A stretch of DNA of 63,408 nucleotides, counting the filler, from Nitrospinota bacterium (GTDB taxonomy: Bacteria; JAUXIQ01), in the NCBI GenBank assembly GCA_030620925.1. It is 8 parts of 8 records of this genome, joined end to end, with 100 filler letters (N's around TTAATTAATTAA, not from the genome) between each part and the next. Parts side by side here need not be neighbours in the genome. Positions count along the whole stretch, not along the records: positions 36,754 to 43,677 come from JAUXIQ010000103.1; positions 43,778 to 46,688 come from JAUXIQ010000387.1; positions 46,789 to 51,412 come from JAUXIQ010000212.1; positions 51,513 to 55,502 come from JAUXIQ010000268.1; 4 more parts are not named here. The stretch is one strand, 5' to 3'. The translations under genes were made by a program, and so were the position numbers. The notes beneath the pieces were generated by a model. It did no database searches and was not told the DNA's origin. It saw nothing but the letters and a program-made list of their open reading frames with translations. Positions 42,110-51,635 of this stretch are shown in pieces. Position 1 is the first letter of the stretch. The number at the start of each line of letters is the position of its first letter.

Positions 42110-43657
42110 TCACTCTTCAGTCTCTATGGTGACCCTGAGTACCTCTTCCACACTGGTCAAACCCTGCCGGACTTTATCCCAGCCGTCCTCCCGGAGCAGA
42201 CGCATGCCCTGCCCTATTCCCTTCTGCCTGATGATGTTGGAGCTGGTCTTGGCAACGATCGATTCACGTATGGCGTCGGTTACCGACAGGAGCTCAAAAA
42301 TACCCAAACGGCCCCTATAGCCGGTTTGGTCGCACTCCGGGCACCCTTTGGGTCGGTAGACAACAACGTCCTCTTTAAGGGCATCGACGTCTATACCCTT
42401 GAGAACGTCAGAGTCGGGACGGTAGGACTCCTTGCACTGCGGACAAAGGATACGCACCAGGCGCTGGGCCAGGATTCCTTCCAGAGACGAGGCCACCAGA
42501 TAGTGTTCGACCCCCATATCCAGGAGCCGGGTGATCGCCCCCGCTGCGTCGTTGGTGTGCAGAGTGCTCATGACCAGGTGTCCGGTGAGGGCGGACTCTA
42601 TGGCTATCTCCGCCGTCTCGGCGTCGCGTATCTCGCCCACCATTATTATATCCGGGTCCTGGCGTACGATGGACCTCAGACCGTTGGCGAAGGTAAGCCC
42701 TATCTGGGGTTTAACCTGTATCTGGTTCACACCGACCAGTTGATACTCCACGGGGTCTTCGACGGTGATGACCTTTTTCTCGTGAGTGCTTATTTTCTGC
42801 AGCGCTGCGTAGAGAGTGGTGGTCTTACCGCTGCCGGTGGGCCCGGTTACCAGGATCATCCCGTAAGGTTTCTCGATTACTCGCTTAAAGAACTCCAGGT
42901 CTCTCACCGGAAAACCCAGCTCCTCCAGGCTCAACAGTATGCTGCCCCTGTCGAGCAACCTCATTACCACGCTTTCCCCGTAGAGGGTGGGCACCGTGGA
43001 GACGCGTATATCCACCTCCCTGCCCGAAACCCGGAGGCGGATGCGGCCGTCCTGGGGCAGTCTCCTCTCAGCTATATTCAGGTCGGCCATCAGCTTCACC
43101 CTGGAGATAATGGCCGATTGCAGTCTACGGGGCGGGGTATCCACATCCCTGAGCACACCGTCTACACGATAGCGGACATATAGTCTATCCTCGAAAGGCT
43201 CGATATGAATATCGCTGGCCCGGTTCTCAACGGCTTTAGTGATGAACAGGTTCACAAGTTTTATTATGGGGGCCTCGGAGGCCATGTCGCGAAGGTGGTC
43301 TACATCCTCCTTATCTTCGCTCCCGACGTCCATCCCTTCCCCCTTCATGTCGTCGATTATCTTCTCCATGGTGGTTGCGCCGCTGCCGTAGAACCTCTCG
43401 ATGGCCTCCAGTATATCTTTGCCCTCCCCGACGTGAACTTTCAGTTGATACCCGGTGGCGAGCTTGATGCCGTCGAGCGTTTTAAAATCCCAGGGGTCGG
43501 CGATAGCAACGAAGAGGGTATCGCCATCCAGCCTGAGGGGATACACGAGGTGTTCCTTGAGAAACTTTACCGAGAGGTTCCCAACGAAGTTGGGCTGCTG
43601 CAAAAGCTCTGATGAGTCCACCCGCGGATAGTCCGGCTCACCGTCTTCCGGGGTCAT
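42110..43657 (-). CDS. gspE: T2SS ATPase GspE (frame open to the contig edge; may start upstream)
   Basis: ASDIHIEP, RLPQDGR, GPTGSGKTTT, RQDPD, CxxC...CxxC zinc motif. Confidence 0.95.
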   Translation of the reverse strand: MTPEDGEPDYPRVDSSELLQQPNFVGNLSVKFLKEHLVYPLRLDGDTLFVAIADPWDFKTLDGIKLATGYQLKVHVGEGKDILEAIERFYGSGATTMEKIIDDMKGEGMDVGSEDKEDVDHLRDMASEAPIIKLVNLFITKAVENRASDIHIEPFEDRLYVRYRVDGVLRDVDTPPRRLQSAIISRVKLMADLNIAERRLPQDGRIRLRVSGREVDIRVSTVPTLYGESVVMRLLDRGSILLSLEELGFPVRDLEFFKRVIEKPYGMILVTGPTGSGKTTTLYAALQKISTHEKKVITVEDPVEYQLVGVNQIQVKPQIGLTFANGLRSIVRQDPDIIMVGEIRDAETAEIAIESALTGHLVMSTLHTNDAAGAITRLLDMGVEHYLVASSLEGILAQRLVRILCPQCKESYRPDSDVLKGIDVDALKEDVVVYRPKGCPECDQTGYRGRLGIFELLSVTDAIRESIVAKTSSNIIRQKGIGQGMRLLREDGWDKVRQGLTSVEEVLRVTIETEE

Positions 43658-43677
43658 GCGGACTTCTCGCAGCAGGC

Positions 43678-43777
43678 NNNNNNNNNNNNNNNNNNNNNNN
43701 NNNNNNNNNNNNNNNNNNNNNTTAATTAATTAANNNNNNNNNNNNNNNNNNNNNNNNNNNNNNNNNNNNNNNNNNNN
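43678..43777. other. Artificial contig linker
   Basis: N-TTAATTAATTAA-N. Confidence 0.99.
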
Positions 43778-44866
43778 ATAAGCTGGTGGGCGATAGGTGC
43801 GTTTTCACTCATTTTCGGTTTTTTGTCCGACAGGATAGGAACCCGAAAAGTGGTGATCATTGGGGCATTTGCGTTAGGCCTCGGTCTGCTGCTCACCAGC
43901 CGGATCGACAAAATCTGGCAGCTCTACATCACTTTCGGCGCGATGATCGGCGTGGGCACTGCCGCCTTTTACGTGCCTTTGAGCGCCGAAGCAGCGAAAT
44001 GGTTCGAGGAGAGACGGGGGGTGGCGCTGGCAGTCGTTTCATCGGGGAACGGTCTGGGCGTCCTACTATTCTCCCCTCTCAGCAGGTTCCTCATCAATAC
44101 CGTCGAATGGCGCTGGGCCTTCGCAATACTGGGGCTGATAGTTTTGGGGGTCGTTCTGCCGCTGTCCATGTTATTGCGTCGGGTTCCGGTGGAAACGCAG
44201 CTCGATCCGCAAACGGAAAAAGAGGGCGGTGGAAATTCAGAGGACGAGGTTTACGTTGTAAACGGCGAGATGAGCATCAGCGTTAACGCCAGCCTGAGGA
44301 CATCTACTTTCTGGTTACTCACCCTCGCCCATTTTTTGGGCTGCACGGCATTCTCCGGCCCCGTTCATCATCTCGTAGCCAATGCGACGGACATTGGTAT
44401 AGCAAAAATGACGGCTGCGGCCATATTCGGTTTTATGGGGACTACCAGCGCTATATGTCGAATCGGAGCGGGGCACGTGGCGGATAGGGTCGGCTCGAAA
44501 ATAACACTGACGGCATTCCTGGTATTTCTGGCCCTGGCCATATTCTCCTTCATCGCCGCTCGCCAGATATGGTCTTACTATATATCGGGCATACTTTTCG
44601 GCATGTCCTCCGGCGCCATTATGCCCCTTTTCGCCATGATATTAAGAGAATATTTCGGACTCAGGGTTATCGGAACCCTTTACGGGTTCGTTTTTCTTAT
44701 CGGCTCTATAGGGATAGGAATAGGGGCCTATTTCGGGGGCTATATTTTCGATCTGACCGGGAGCTATTTCTGGATGTATATTGCCACCGGCGCCATCAGC
44801 GTGGCAGCGGCCCTGGTGGTATCCACGCTGAGGCCGCCCGCGCATGAGAGTTTAACCGAGGGCTGA
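43778..44866 (+). CDS. MFS transporter (OFA/MCT-like; 5' truncated)
   Basis: Motif A G.LSDRIG.R, WFEERRG.A, ADRVG, multiple TM helices. Confidence 0.9.
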   Translation: MSWWAIGAFSLIFGFLSDRIGTRKVVIIGAFALGLGLLLTSRIDKIWQLYITFGAMIGVGTAAFYVPLSAEAAKWFEERRGVALAVVSSGNGLGVLLFSPLSRFLINTVEWRWAFAILGLIVLGVVLPLSMLLRRVPVETQLDPQTEKEGGGNSEDEVYVVNGEMSISVNASLRTSTFWLLTLAHFLGCTAFSGPVHHLVANATDIGIAKMTAAAIFGFMGTTSAICRIGAGHVADRVGSKITLTAFLVFLALAIFSFIAARQIWSYYISGILFGMSSGAIMPLFAMILREYFGLRVIGTLYGFVFLIGSIGIGIGAYFGGYIFDLTGSYFWMYIATGAISVAAALVVSTLRPPAHESLTEG

Positions 44867-45070
44867 GCAAACCCCCGCTTTCGGGCTGAACCGTATAAGC
44901 AATTAAGTGGATAACGCATCACCATGGAAACAGCGAAGAAAACTTAATCAACACAGTTTATGGTGCCAAATTGAACGGAGAAGCGACTCAAGAAGCGTTT
45001 GAAGCGTTTCTATCAGTTGCTGATGTTAACGGGGATGAAAATTTTGGGGTCGAGAATAAACAGGATGCCG

Positions 45071-46201
45071 TTACGCGAGCATTTCCAGAAAAGCGCCCAC
45101 GCGGGTAGATGTCTGTCCGGCGGCTGAGACGGCGTACTCACGCTCCAGGCGCAGCACCGGCACCTCCATCTCCTCCAGCCGCACCCGGGTGAGGGGATAA
45201 TTATAGACCCAGGGGTCGCAATATTTAAGTGCGTTGTATATCACCCCCTGGACATCATACTCCTCCACCATCTGCTTGATGAAATCGTAACGCTTCTCAT
45301 TGTCGAACATTCGCGTACAGGGGAGGCGGCATAGATAGCGATAGCTCAAATGCGCTATCTGCTTTTCAAGCTCGCTGCTGGTCTCCACCAGGTCCCAGAA
45401 ATAGCGGGAGCCCGTGCAGAGATCATCGGCGACAACCAGGCCGCCCTGGTCTTCGACGCTTTTTATCTCTTCGGGATTGCTGAGAATACTGCCGCTGATG
45501 AGTATGCGGGCATCCCCCTCGTAGCGCAGGTCGCGCTCCTCCAGCTCGACTATGGCCTTTTCAAGCAGTTCGTTGTATTCCGGCCTGGGCATCACCATGG
45601 AGGCGGTCACTATAGCCAGGCACTCGTGGCCGGAGACGAGGGGCTTTTCATCCTTTCTCAGCTCGTAGAGGCCCCGAAGCAATTCCCGCGTGCGGTTATA
45701 AACGTCGATGGCTTCACCCAACGATTCAGCGGTGATCTCTTTTTCGCTGTATACCTCGAGCCCCTTTTTGAGCTCTAATAAATGTTTGGTGAATACATCC
45801 ACGGAATCCTGGTTATCTTTGTGGGGTAAGTCCAGCATGAATGAGAACGCAGGGTTTTTGTACTGTTCCCAGTGATCGTAGAGGCGGGTCATTATCCGGC
45901 ATGAGGAAGTGGTAACCACACCGTCCAGAAAAGGGTACTTGTCATTGAGAACGTCTTCCAGCACCGTGCGGCAGAAGGGACAACTGTTGGCGGGAAGGTA
46001 GCCCTCAGAAACGGGTGTGGGGTCCCACCAGTGTCCCATGACCCGATAAGGCAGTATACCTGCGGCGTAAATCAATTCCTCAGGGACGTAGGTGCAGAGG
46101 TAGCCTATAACTTTATCTCCCCCCTCGTGCCATTTCTGCGCTCCTGCATCCTGGTTTTCCCTGGTGTTAACATTGAGCAGCTTATCGAGAGCTTGAGTCA
46201 C
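45071..46201 (-). CDS. 2-hydroxyacyl-CoA dehydratase subunit (HgdB/FldC/BcrC family)
   Basis: GYLCTYVPEELI, CPFCR, DDLCTGSRY, KYCDP, TRVGAFLEM; paralog of 23860-24972. Confidence 0.9.
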   Translation of the reverse strand: MTQALDKLLNVNTRENQDAGAQKWHEGGDKVIGYLCTYVPEELIYAAGILPYRVMGHWWDPTPVSEGYLPANSCPFCRTVLEDVLNDKYPFLDGVVTTSSCRIMTRLYDHWEQYKNPAFSFMLDLPHKDNQDSVDVFTKHLLELKKGLEVYSEKEITAESLGEAIDVYNRTRELLRGLYELRKDEKPLVSGHECLAIVTASMVMPRPEYNELLEKAIVELEERDLRYEGDARILISGSILSNPEEIKSVEDQGGLVVADDLCTGSRYFWDLVETSSELEKQIAHLSYRYLCRLPCTRMFDNEKRYDFIKQMVEEYDVQGVIYNALKYCDPWVYNYPLTRVRLEEMEVPVLRLEREYAVSAAGQTSTRVGAFLEMLA

Positions 46202-46238
46202 CTGACATCCTTCCTTATTTTAATAGCGTGAAGCGGAA

Positions 46239-46688
46239 TCAGAGCATCTCCAGGAATGCGCTGAGGCGCGTCTTGACCTGAGCATCCGAGTGGTTCCTGA
46301 AATCTATGTAGTCGCCGTCCAGGATGAGGGTGGGGACACCGACTTCTTTTTCCAGCCTCTCCGCAAACATCTGCGCGTGCCCCGCAGAGACCCGACAACC
46401 CCACTGATTATAATGCACGGCCCCATGGACGCTGTACTCTCTGGCATTCTCCACAAGCGTGCTCACCCTTCGCTCAGACGACCCGTTCCAGGGATCGGTT
46501 ATATACTGACGGGCCATGGCCTCGAGGACAGGAACACCGTCGTACTCGCCCTTCTCCCACCACACCTCCTTATGGGGGTCGTTGAAGGCCACCACCGCCC
46601 CGTATTTCTCCTCCATCCAGGTGGTAAGGTCGACGTAAAAGGGCGGCGTCTGACACCATAGGAGACGGTATTTCTCCTCAGGGACCGC
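46239..46688 (-). CDS. 2-hydroxyacyl-CoA dehydratase partner subunit (HgdA/BcrB-like; 5' truncated)
   Basis: QWGCR, GVPTLILDGD..D, KTRLSAFLEML. Confidence 0.85.
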   Translation of the reverse strand, partial: AVPEEKYRLLWCQTPPFYVDLTTWMEEKYGAVVAFNDPHKEVWWEKGEYDGVPVLEAMARQYITDPWNGSSERRVSTLVENAREYSVHGAVHYNQWGCRVSAGHAQMFAERLEKEVGVPTLILDGDYIDFRNHSDAQVKTRLSAFLEML

Positions 46689-46788
46689 NNNNNNNNNNNN
46701 NNNNNNNNNNNNNNNNNNNNNNNNNNNNNNNNTTAATTAATTAANNNNNNNNNNNNNNNNNNNNNNNNNNNNNNNNNNNNNNNNNNNN
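46689..46788. other. Artificial contig linker
   Basis: N-TTAATTAATTAA-N. Confidence 0.99.
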
Positions 46789-46789
46789 C

Positions 46790-47245
46790 AACGTGCTGAA
46801 CCGGATAAACCCTGACTTCATTCGGATGCGTAGCATGATCGCCCGTCCCGGTACTCCCATGCATGACAGGCTGGAAAGAGGCGAGTGGCAGCATTTAAGA
46901 GACGAGGAAGTTGTCCGGGAACAACAACTTTTCATTCAGAATCTCGACGGGATCGAAAGCCATTTCATCAGCGACCACATGAACAACCTTCTCATGGAGC
47001 TCAACGGGAAATTCCCGGAGGCAAAGGAAGACCTTTTAGCCACCATAGACAGATACCTGGGATTGCCGCCGGAAGAAAAACTCCATTTCAGCGTCGGGCG
47101 CAGGCTGGGCTATTACGAACGGCTGGACGACCTGGAAGTCGAGGAGGCCCGGGCCAACGTGGACGACTCCATCCAGCGATTGAACCGTAATTTCGATGGG
47201 GACATTGAAGAAGCGCTTATCAAGTGCAGGCAGCAGATGACCTGA
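46790..47245 (+). CDS. C-terminal part of a radical SAM protein
   Basis: LN.INPDFIR.R....PGTP, SDH..N.L....G..P pattern; the CxxxCxxC region lies outside the contig. Confidence 0.65.
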   Translation, partial: NVLNRINPDFIRMRSMIARPGTPMHDRLERGEWQHLRDEEVVREQQLFIQNLDGIESHFISDHMNNLLMELNGKFPEAKEDLLATIDRYLGLPPEEKLHFSVGRRLGYYERLDDLEVEEARANVDDSIQRLNRNFDGDIEEALIKCRQQMT

Positions 47246-47308
47246 CTCCAACCAGCGAATCGGTAGTTCTCCCGTTACAGAAATACGGCCTGCTTTTCAG
47301 TAACGCTC

Positions 47309-47713
47309 TTAGGGGTAAATAATAAATTCCAACAGGTTTGAATCGGGGTCTCGAATGTAGCGACTTATGCCGACAGTTCGGCCCTTGTCACGCCCCCCAA
47401 CCCGCTCAACAGGGCCTTCAATTACTTCCGCGCCGGCTCCTTCCAACATCGACACGAGGTCTTCTTCATTACCTTCCCAGACGAAACAGAAATCGCCGCA
47501 GCCCGGTACCGCCGTAGGTCCTCGAAGCGAAAACTCCCCCGATTGCCAGAGTTGGGGCGTATGGAAATTGATCTTGTTATCACCGAAATCTATGGAATAA
47601 AGCTGCGGTGCATGTTCATCTGATATATCAAAACCTAACCGGCGATAGAACGAAAGCATCTCTTCGACGTTGTTGATCGGAATTGCCGCGTGGTCAATCG
47701 CTTTTATACTCAT
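47309..47713 (-). CDS. VOC/glyoxalase family protein
   Basis: IDH.A, FY..LG, KINFH, PGCGD.CF, EGPV.R.G, RDPDSNLLE. Confidence 0.88.
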   Translation of the reverse strand: MSIKAIDHAAIPINNVEEMLSFYRRLGFDISDEHAPQLYSIDFGDNKINFHTPQLWQSGEFSLRGPTAVPGCGDFCFVWEGNEEDLVSMLEGAGAEVIEGPVERVGGRDKGRTVGISRYIRDPDSNLLEFIIYP

Positions 47714-47752
47714 TGTTGTTTCCCACTGCAAAACGGTTGTAATAACAGAAGA

Positions 47753-47814
47753 TGCGAACGGGCCGGGCCCTATGCCGAACAGCTCGACGATCTTCAGCCC
47801 TCCCAAAGGTCCAT
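47753..47814 (-). pseudogene. 5' remnant of an alpha-methylacyl-CoA racemase/CaiB gene
   Basis: RBS AAAGGA, then ATG-GA-CCT (one base short), then PLGGLKIVELFGIGPGPFA, the classic AMACR/CaiB N-terminus. Confidence 0.65.
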
Positions 47815-48172
47815 TGATTTCCTTTCTAATCCTGAGCTATTGCCCGGGGAGTATACCCGGAACTATGCGGCATCGGCCGCTTATCCCTTCCTTTTTGCCT
47901 ATCGGCACCAATAAACTGAGCGGTTTTATGGTGTGGAAAAGGACCTGCCATGTAAAACGACGACGATTTCTCGTCAGTCTAACCGAAAAAACTACTATCC
48001 AATCGGTTCAGGGCATGGTAATCCATCAAACGAATACCTGTCAACTTGTTCCGTATAGGCCGATTTATTCCAATCTAATATTAAATTATTCGTGTAGAAT
48101 GCGAGGATGCCGTATGGTAATGATAACCGATACGCACAAGCCGAGATTATATCCAAGTAGAAAGGGCGTAAT

Positions 48173-49390
48173 ATGATGCAGCCATTAGAAGGGATCAAAG
48201 TCGTCGATCTGAGCACCTGGGCGTTCGCTCCCGTTTGTGCAGCAACTTTAGGAGATTGGGGCGCTGAGGTAATCAAGATCGAGGACCCTCGAACCGGTGA
48301 TAACTTCCGCGAGTTCCTTTCCGTACTAGGAATTGATGAAAGCCAGATGCCGATTTCTCTGTTCGGGCTGAACAACCGTAACAAACGCGGGATGGCCGTT
48401 GACCTGAAGAAGAAGGAGGGTAAGGAAATCCTCTACAAACTGATTGAGGACGCGGATATCTTTGTGAGTAATCTCCCGACCCGGGCTCTCGAAAGGCTGC
48501 AGATGGACTACGGCAAACTTTCATCCATCAATCCCCGCCTTGTTTACGCCCATGCCACCGGCTATGGCGACAAAGGACCGGATGCCAACAAACCCGGTTT
48601 CGACGCCTCCGCATTCTGGGCCCGGAGCGGCCTGATGGCCGGCTTGGGCGTTGAGGGACAGCCGCCGGTTTCTCAGCAGTTCGCCGGAATCGGCGACCAG
48701 GTGTGCGGCCTTGTATTTTTCGGCGCGGTAATGCTGGCCCTGTTCAACAGGGAGAAGACAGGCCGAGGCCAGGAAGTGGACCTTTCACTTTACGGCGTCG
48801 GAACCTGGGTCACGAGCCTTCCCATCCAGATGGTGCTTTCAAGCGGGGAGGAACCCCAGCGAACGGTAAGACAGGAAGGACGAAATCCCACTAGCAACTA
48901 CTACGAGTGCCGGGACGGCCGGTGGCTCTTTATCATCAGTCTTCCGGACGAGCCTTACTGGTCTCCGCTGTGCAAGGTCCTCGGCCTGGGGGGCGTTGAG
49001 CAGGATCCGAAATTCGCCACCCGCAAAGCCAGGCTGGAAAACAACATCGAACTGTTTTCCATTATTGAAAAAGCTTTCAAAACCAGGAACAGGGATGATT
49101 GGGCTGAGCTTCTCGATGAAAACGGTATCGTCTGGACGCACATCCCTTCGAACTTTCAGGAGGTCATTGACGACCCTACGACTTCAGCCAACGAACATAT
49201 CGTGGAAGTAGAACATCCTGAATTCGGCCCGAGCAAGATCATAACCACGCCCATCCGCCTTAACAAGGAAGCCCCCCCTATCAGGACCCTGGCCCCGGAA
49301 CTCGGCCAGCACAATGAAGAGGTGCTGCTGGAAATGGGTTACACCAGGAAGGATATAACCAAGCTCAAGGATGAGGGCGTTATTCCCTGA
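48173..49390 (+). CDS. CaiB/BaiF family III CoA transferase
   Basis: PLEGIKVVDLS, LGDWGAEVIKIE, NRNKR, APELGQHNEEVL. Confidence 0.93.
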   Translation: MMQPLEGIKVVDLSTWAFAPVCAATLGDWGAEVIKIEDPRTGDNFREFLSVLGIDESQMPISLFGLNNRNKRGMAVDLKKKEGKEILYKLIEDADIFVSNLPTRALERLQMDYGKLSSINPRLVYAHATGYGDKGPDANKPGFDASAFWARSGLMAGLGVEGQPPVSQQFAGIGDQVCGLVFFGAVMLALFNREKTGRGQEVDLSLYGVGTWVTSLPIQMVLSSGEEPQRTVRQEGRNPTSNYYECRDGRWLFIISLPDEPYWSPLCKVLGLGGVEQDPKFATRKARLENNIELFSIIEKAFKTRNRDDWAELLDENGIVWTHIPSNFQEVIDDPTTSANEHIVEVEHPEFGPSKIITTPIRLNKEAPPIRTLAPELGQHNEEVLLEMGYTRKDITKLKDEGVIP

Positions 49391-49520
49391 GCCTTGTAAT
49401 TTGTTTTGTCCGGAGATAGGAGAATGGAGATGACCGTGAGCAAGCGGAGGAAATAAGTATTGATGTACAGGCCGGCGAAAAAGGATGAGATAACCTTTTA
49501 AGACAAACGTAGGAGGATTC

Positions 49521-50282
49521 TTGATGTCTGGAACTTTGGAAGGAAAAGTCGCTATAGTCACGGCCTCGGCGGGAGCGGGGATAGGCAGCGCTACCGTAAG
49601 ATTGCTGGCAGGGGAGGGTGCCGATGTGGTGGTGAGTGATGCCCATCCTCAGCGTATCAATACCGTCGCCGGGGAGATAGAGAAGGAGACCGGCCGTGAA
49701 GCCCTGGCCGTCCGCTGCGATGTGAGAAACAAGGACGAGGTGGAAGACCTGGTGGCACAAACACTCGACAAGTTCGGGCGGATAGACATCCTGGTCAACA
49801 ACGCGGGCATAAGCAAGCTGGCTCCCGTGCATGAGATGGACGATGAGACCTGGGACCTGGTGATAAACATAAACCTCAGGGGCACCTTCTACTGCTGCCG
49901 CGCCGTGCTGCCCGCCATGCTGGCCCAGAAGAGCGGCGCCATTGTGAACCTTTCCTCCATGATGGGCTGGCTGGGGGGAGCCTCCGAATCTCATTACTGC
50001 GCGGCCAAGGCGGGCATTGTGGGCTTCACCAAGTCACTCGCTCAGGAGGTGGCTGGGCAGGGAATAAGAGTCAATGCAATCGCACCTGGCCTCATATACA
50101 ACGAATTCCTCGGCCGCATCTTCCCCCAGGAGGAGCTGGACAAGATGCGCAACGCGACGCCCCTCGGGAGGGCCGGTGAACCAGAGGATATCGCCAAGGC
50201 GGTCCTCTACCTGGTCTCGGAGCAGAGCAGCTTCGTGGTGGGCGAGACTTTAAGCGTCAGCGGAGGCCTCTACATGCACTAA
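49521..50282 (+). CDS. Short-chain dehydrogenase/reductase, IpdF-like subgroup
   Basis: Atypical TASAGAGIG nucleotide-binding motif, NNAG, HYCAAK catalytic YxxxK. Confidence 0.88.
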   Translation: MMSGTLEGKVAIVTASAGAGIGSATVRLLAGEGADVVVSDAHPQRINTVAGEIEKETGREALAVRCDVRNKDEVEDLVAQTLDKFGRIDILVNNAGISKLAPVHEMDDETWDLVININLRGTFYCCRAVLPAMLAQKSGAIVNLSSMMGWLGGASESHYCAAKAGIVGFTKSLAQEVAGQGIRVNAIAPGLIYNEFLGRIFPQEELDKMRNATPLGRAGEPEDIAKAVLYLVSEQSSFVVGETLSVSGGLYMH

Positions 50283-50723
50283 GCGGTCTCCCGCAGCAGG
50301 AAAGAATAGACGGGGTTATGCAAATCGTTCCACCGGACCGGAGTGTGTCTTATTCACGAAAGTCTAGATATTCATTGAGTATCCATATATTGCAGACTTG
50401 GTTTGCCTTCAAAAAGTCAATGTTTCTGCTATAAACCCATTGCCACTAAAGATAAAATTATCCGTGGCGCTCATATTTTGCTTTCCATCCCTGGTCGTTA
50501 CCAGAGGTCGGCGATAAGCCGGTGCTGACGACTGATTTCCGGTTGACTGATACGGGCTTGATGGATTAGTATGCTCGAAAATCGTCCATAATATATTTCT
50601 TGAGATTATCTAATCTGCATTTATCAGTACCGGGCACTGGAACGGCGCCTGAACGGCATTAGTAAGATCAAAGCAACAAAAGCCGCTAATTCCTGCCAAC
50701 ACTTCAGTTAGGGAGTCAGAACA

Positions 50724-51412
50724 GTGGATTTTTCTCTTGAATACACCGAGGAGCAGGAAAGATTCGCAAAGGAAGTAGGGGATTGGCTGGACGAAAATAT
50801 CCCTGAAGGTCTGTTCACCAAAAGAGATACTCAAAAGATGAGCCATGAGGAATTTCTTATAGGGCGGGAATTCGCCAAAAAAGTAGGTGCGAAAGGGTGG
50901 CTCTATCCGACCTACCCCACAGAGTACGGCGGCGGGGGCATGGACGCTCCTCAGAGCATCGTCATCCACGAAGAGCTGGCCAGGAGAGGCCAGGCTCTTC
51001 CCATCATTATGGATTGGGCGGTCCTGGCCGCGCCGGCCATACTCGCCTGCGCCACGGAGGAACAGAAGAGGCGTTTTCTGCCTCCCATATTCCGTGGTGA
51101 AGCTCTGACCTGGCAGCTATTTACCGAGCCCGAGGCCGGGACGGACGTGGCCAACCAGCAAACAAAGGCTCTTCGACACGAGCGTGACGGTGAATATTTC
51201 ATTATCAGCGGACAGAAGATATTCGTTGGGGGCATGTTTCCACCGCCCGATCAGTTCTATCTGTTGTCGTGCAGCGATCAGAAAGCCGCGCGGCACCAGA
51301 ATCTTTCCAGCTTTATCGTCCCCGGGAATTTGCCTGGCGTCACCATTCAACCCCTCGACCTGTTCCCTTCGAGCACCTTCAGCTCGGTCAGTGGCCCGTC
51401 GGGGGCCGTGTC
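50724..51412 (+). CDS. Acyl-CoA dehydrogenase (FadE-type; 3' truncated)
   Basis: FAKEV..WL, GWL.PTYP.EYGGGG, FTEPEAGTDVA, GQKIF. Confidence 0.88.
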
Positions 51413-51512
51413 NNNNNNNNNNNNNNNNNNNNNNNNNNNNNNNNNNNNNNNNNNNNTTAATTAATTAANNNNNNNNNNNNNNNNNNNNNNNNNNNNNNNN
51501 NNNNNNNNNNNN
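51413..51512. other. Artificial contig linker
   Basis: N-TTAATTAATTAA-N. Confidence 0.99.
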
Positions 51513-51635
51513 CAACCTCTTTCAGTTTTCACCACCAGATAATGTTGAGATAGTGGAAGTATGGAAATATAATTGAAAAAAAGGTAGATTTACCGATAAG
51601 CTTTTATGTCCCAGCTCAAAGGAGAAAAAAGGAGC

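Noticed and set aside
44867-45070. Possible small gene or relic between the MFS and dehydratase genes
   Set aside because: Open stretch without a credible start/RBS or recognisable similarity.
50283-50723. Sigma-54 promoter or riboswitch in the 440-bp gap before the ACAD (TGGCGC...TTGC)
   Set aside because: GG-to-GC spacing is 12 nt rather than the required 10, and no riboswitch consensus was recognised.
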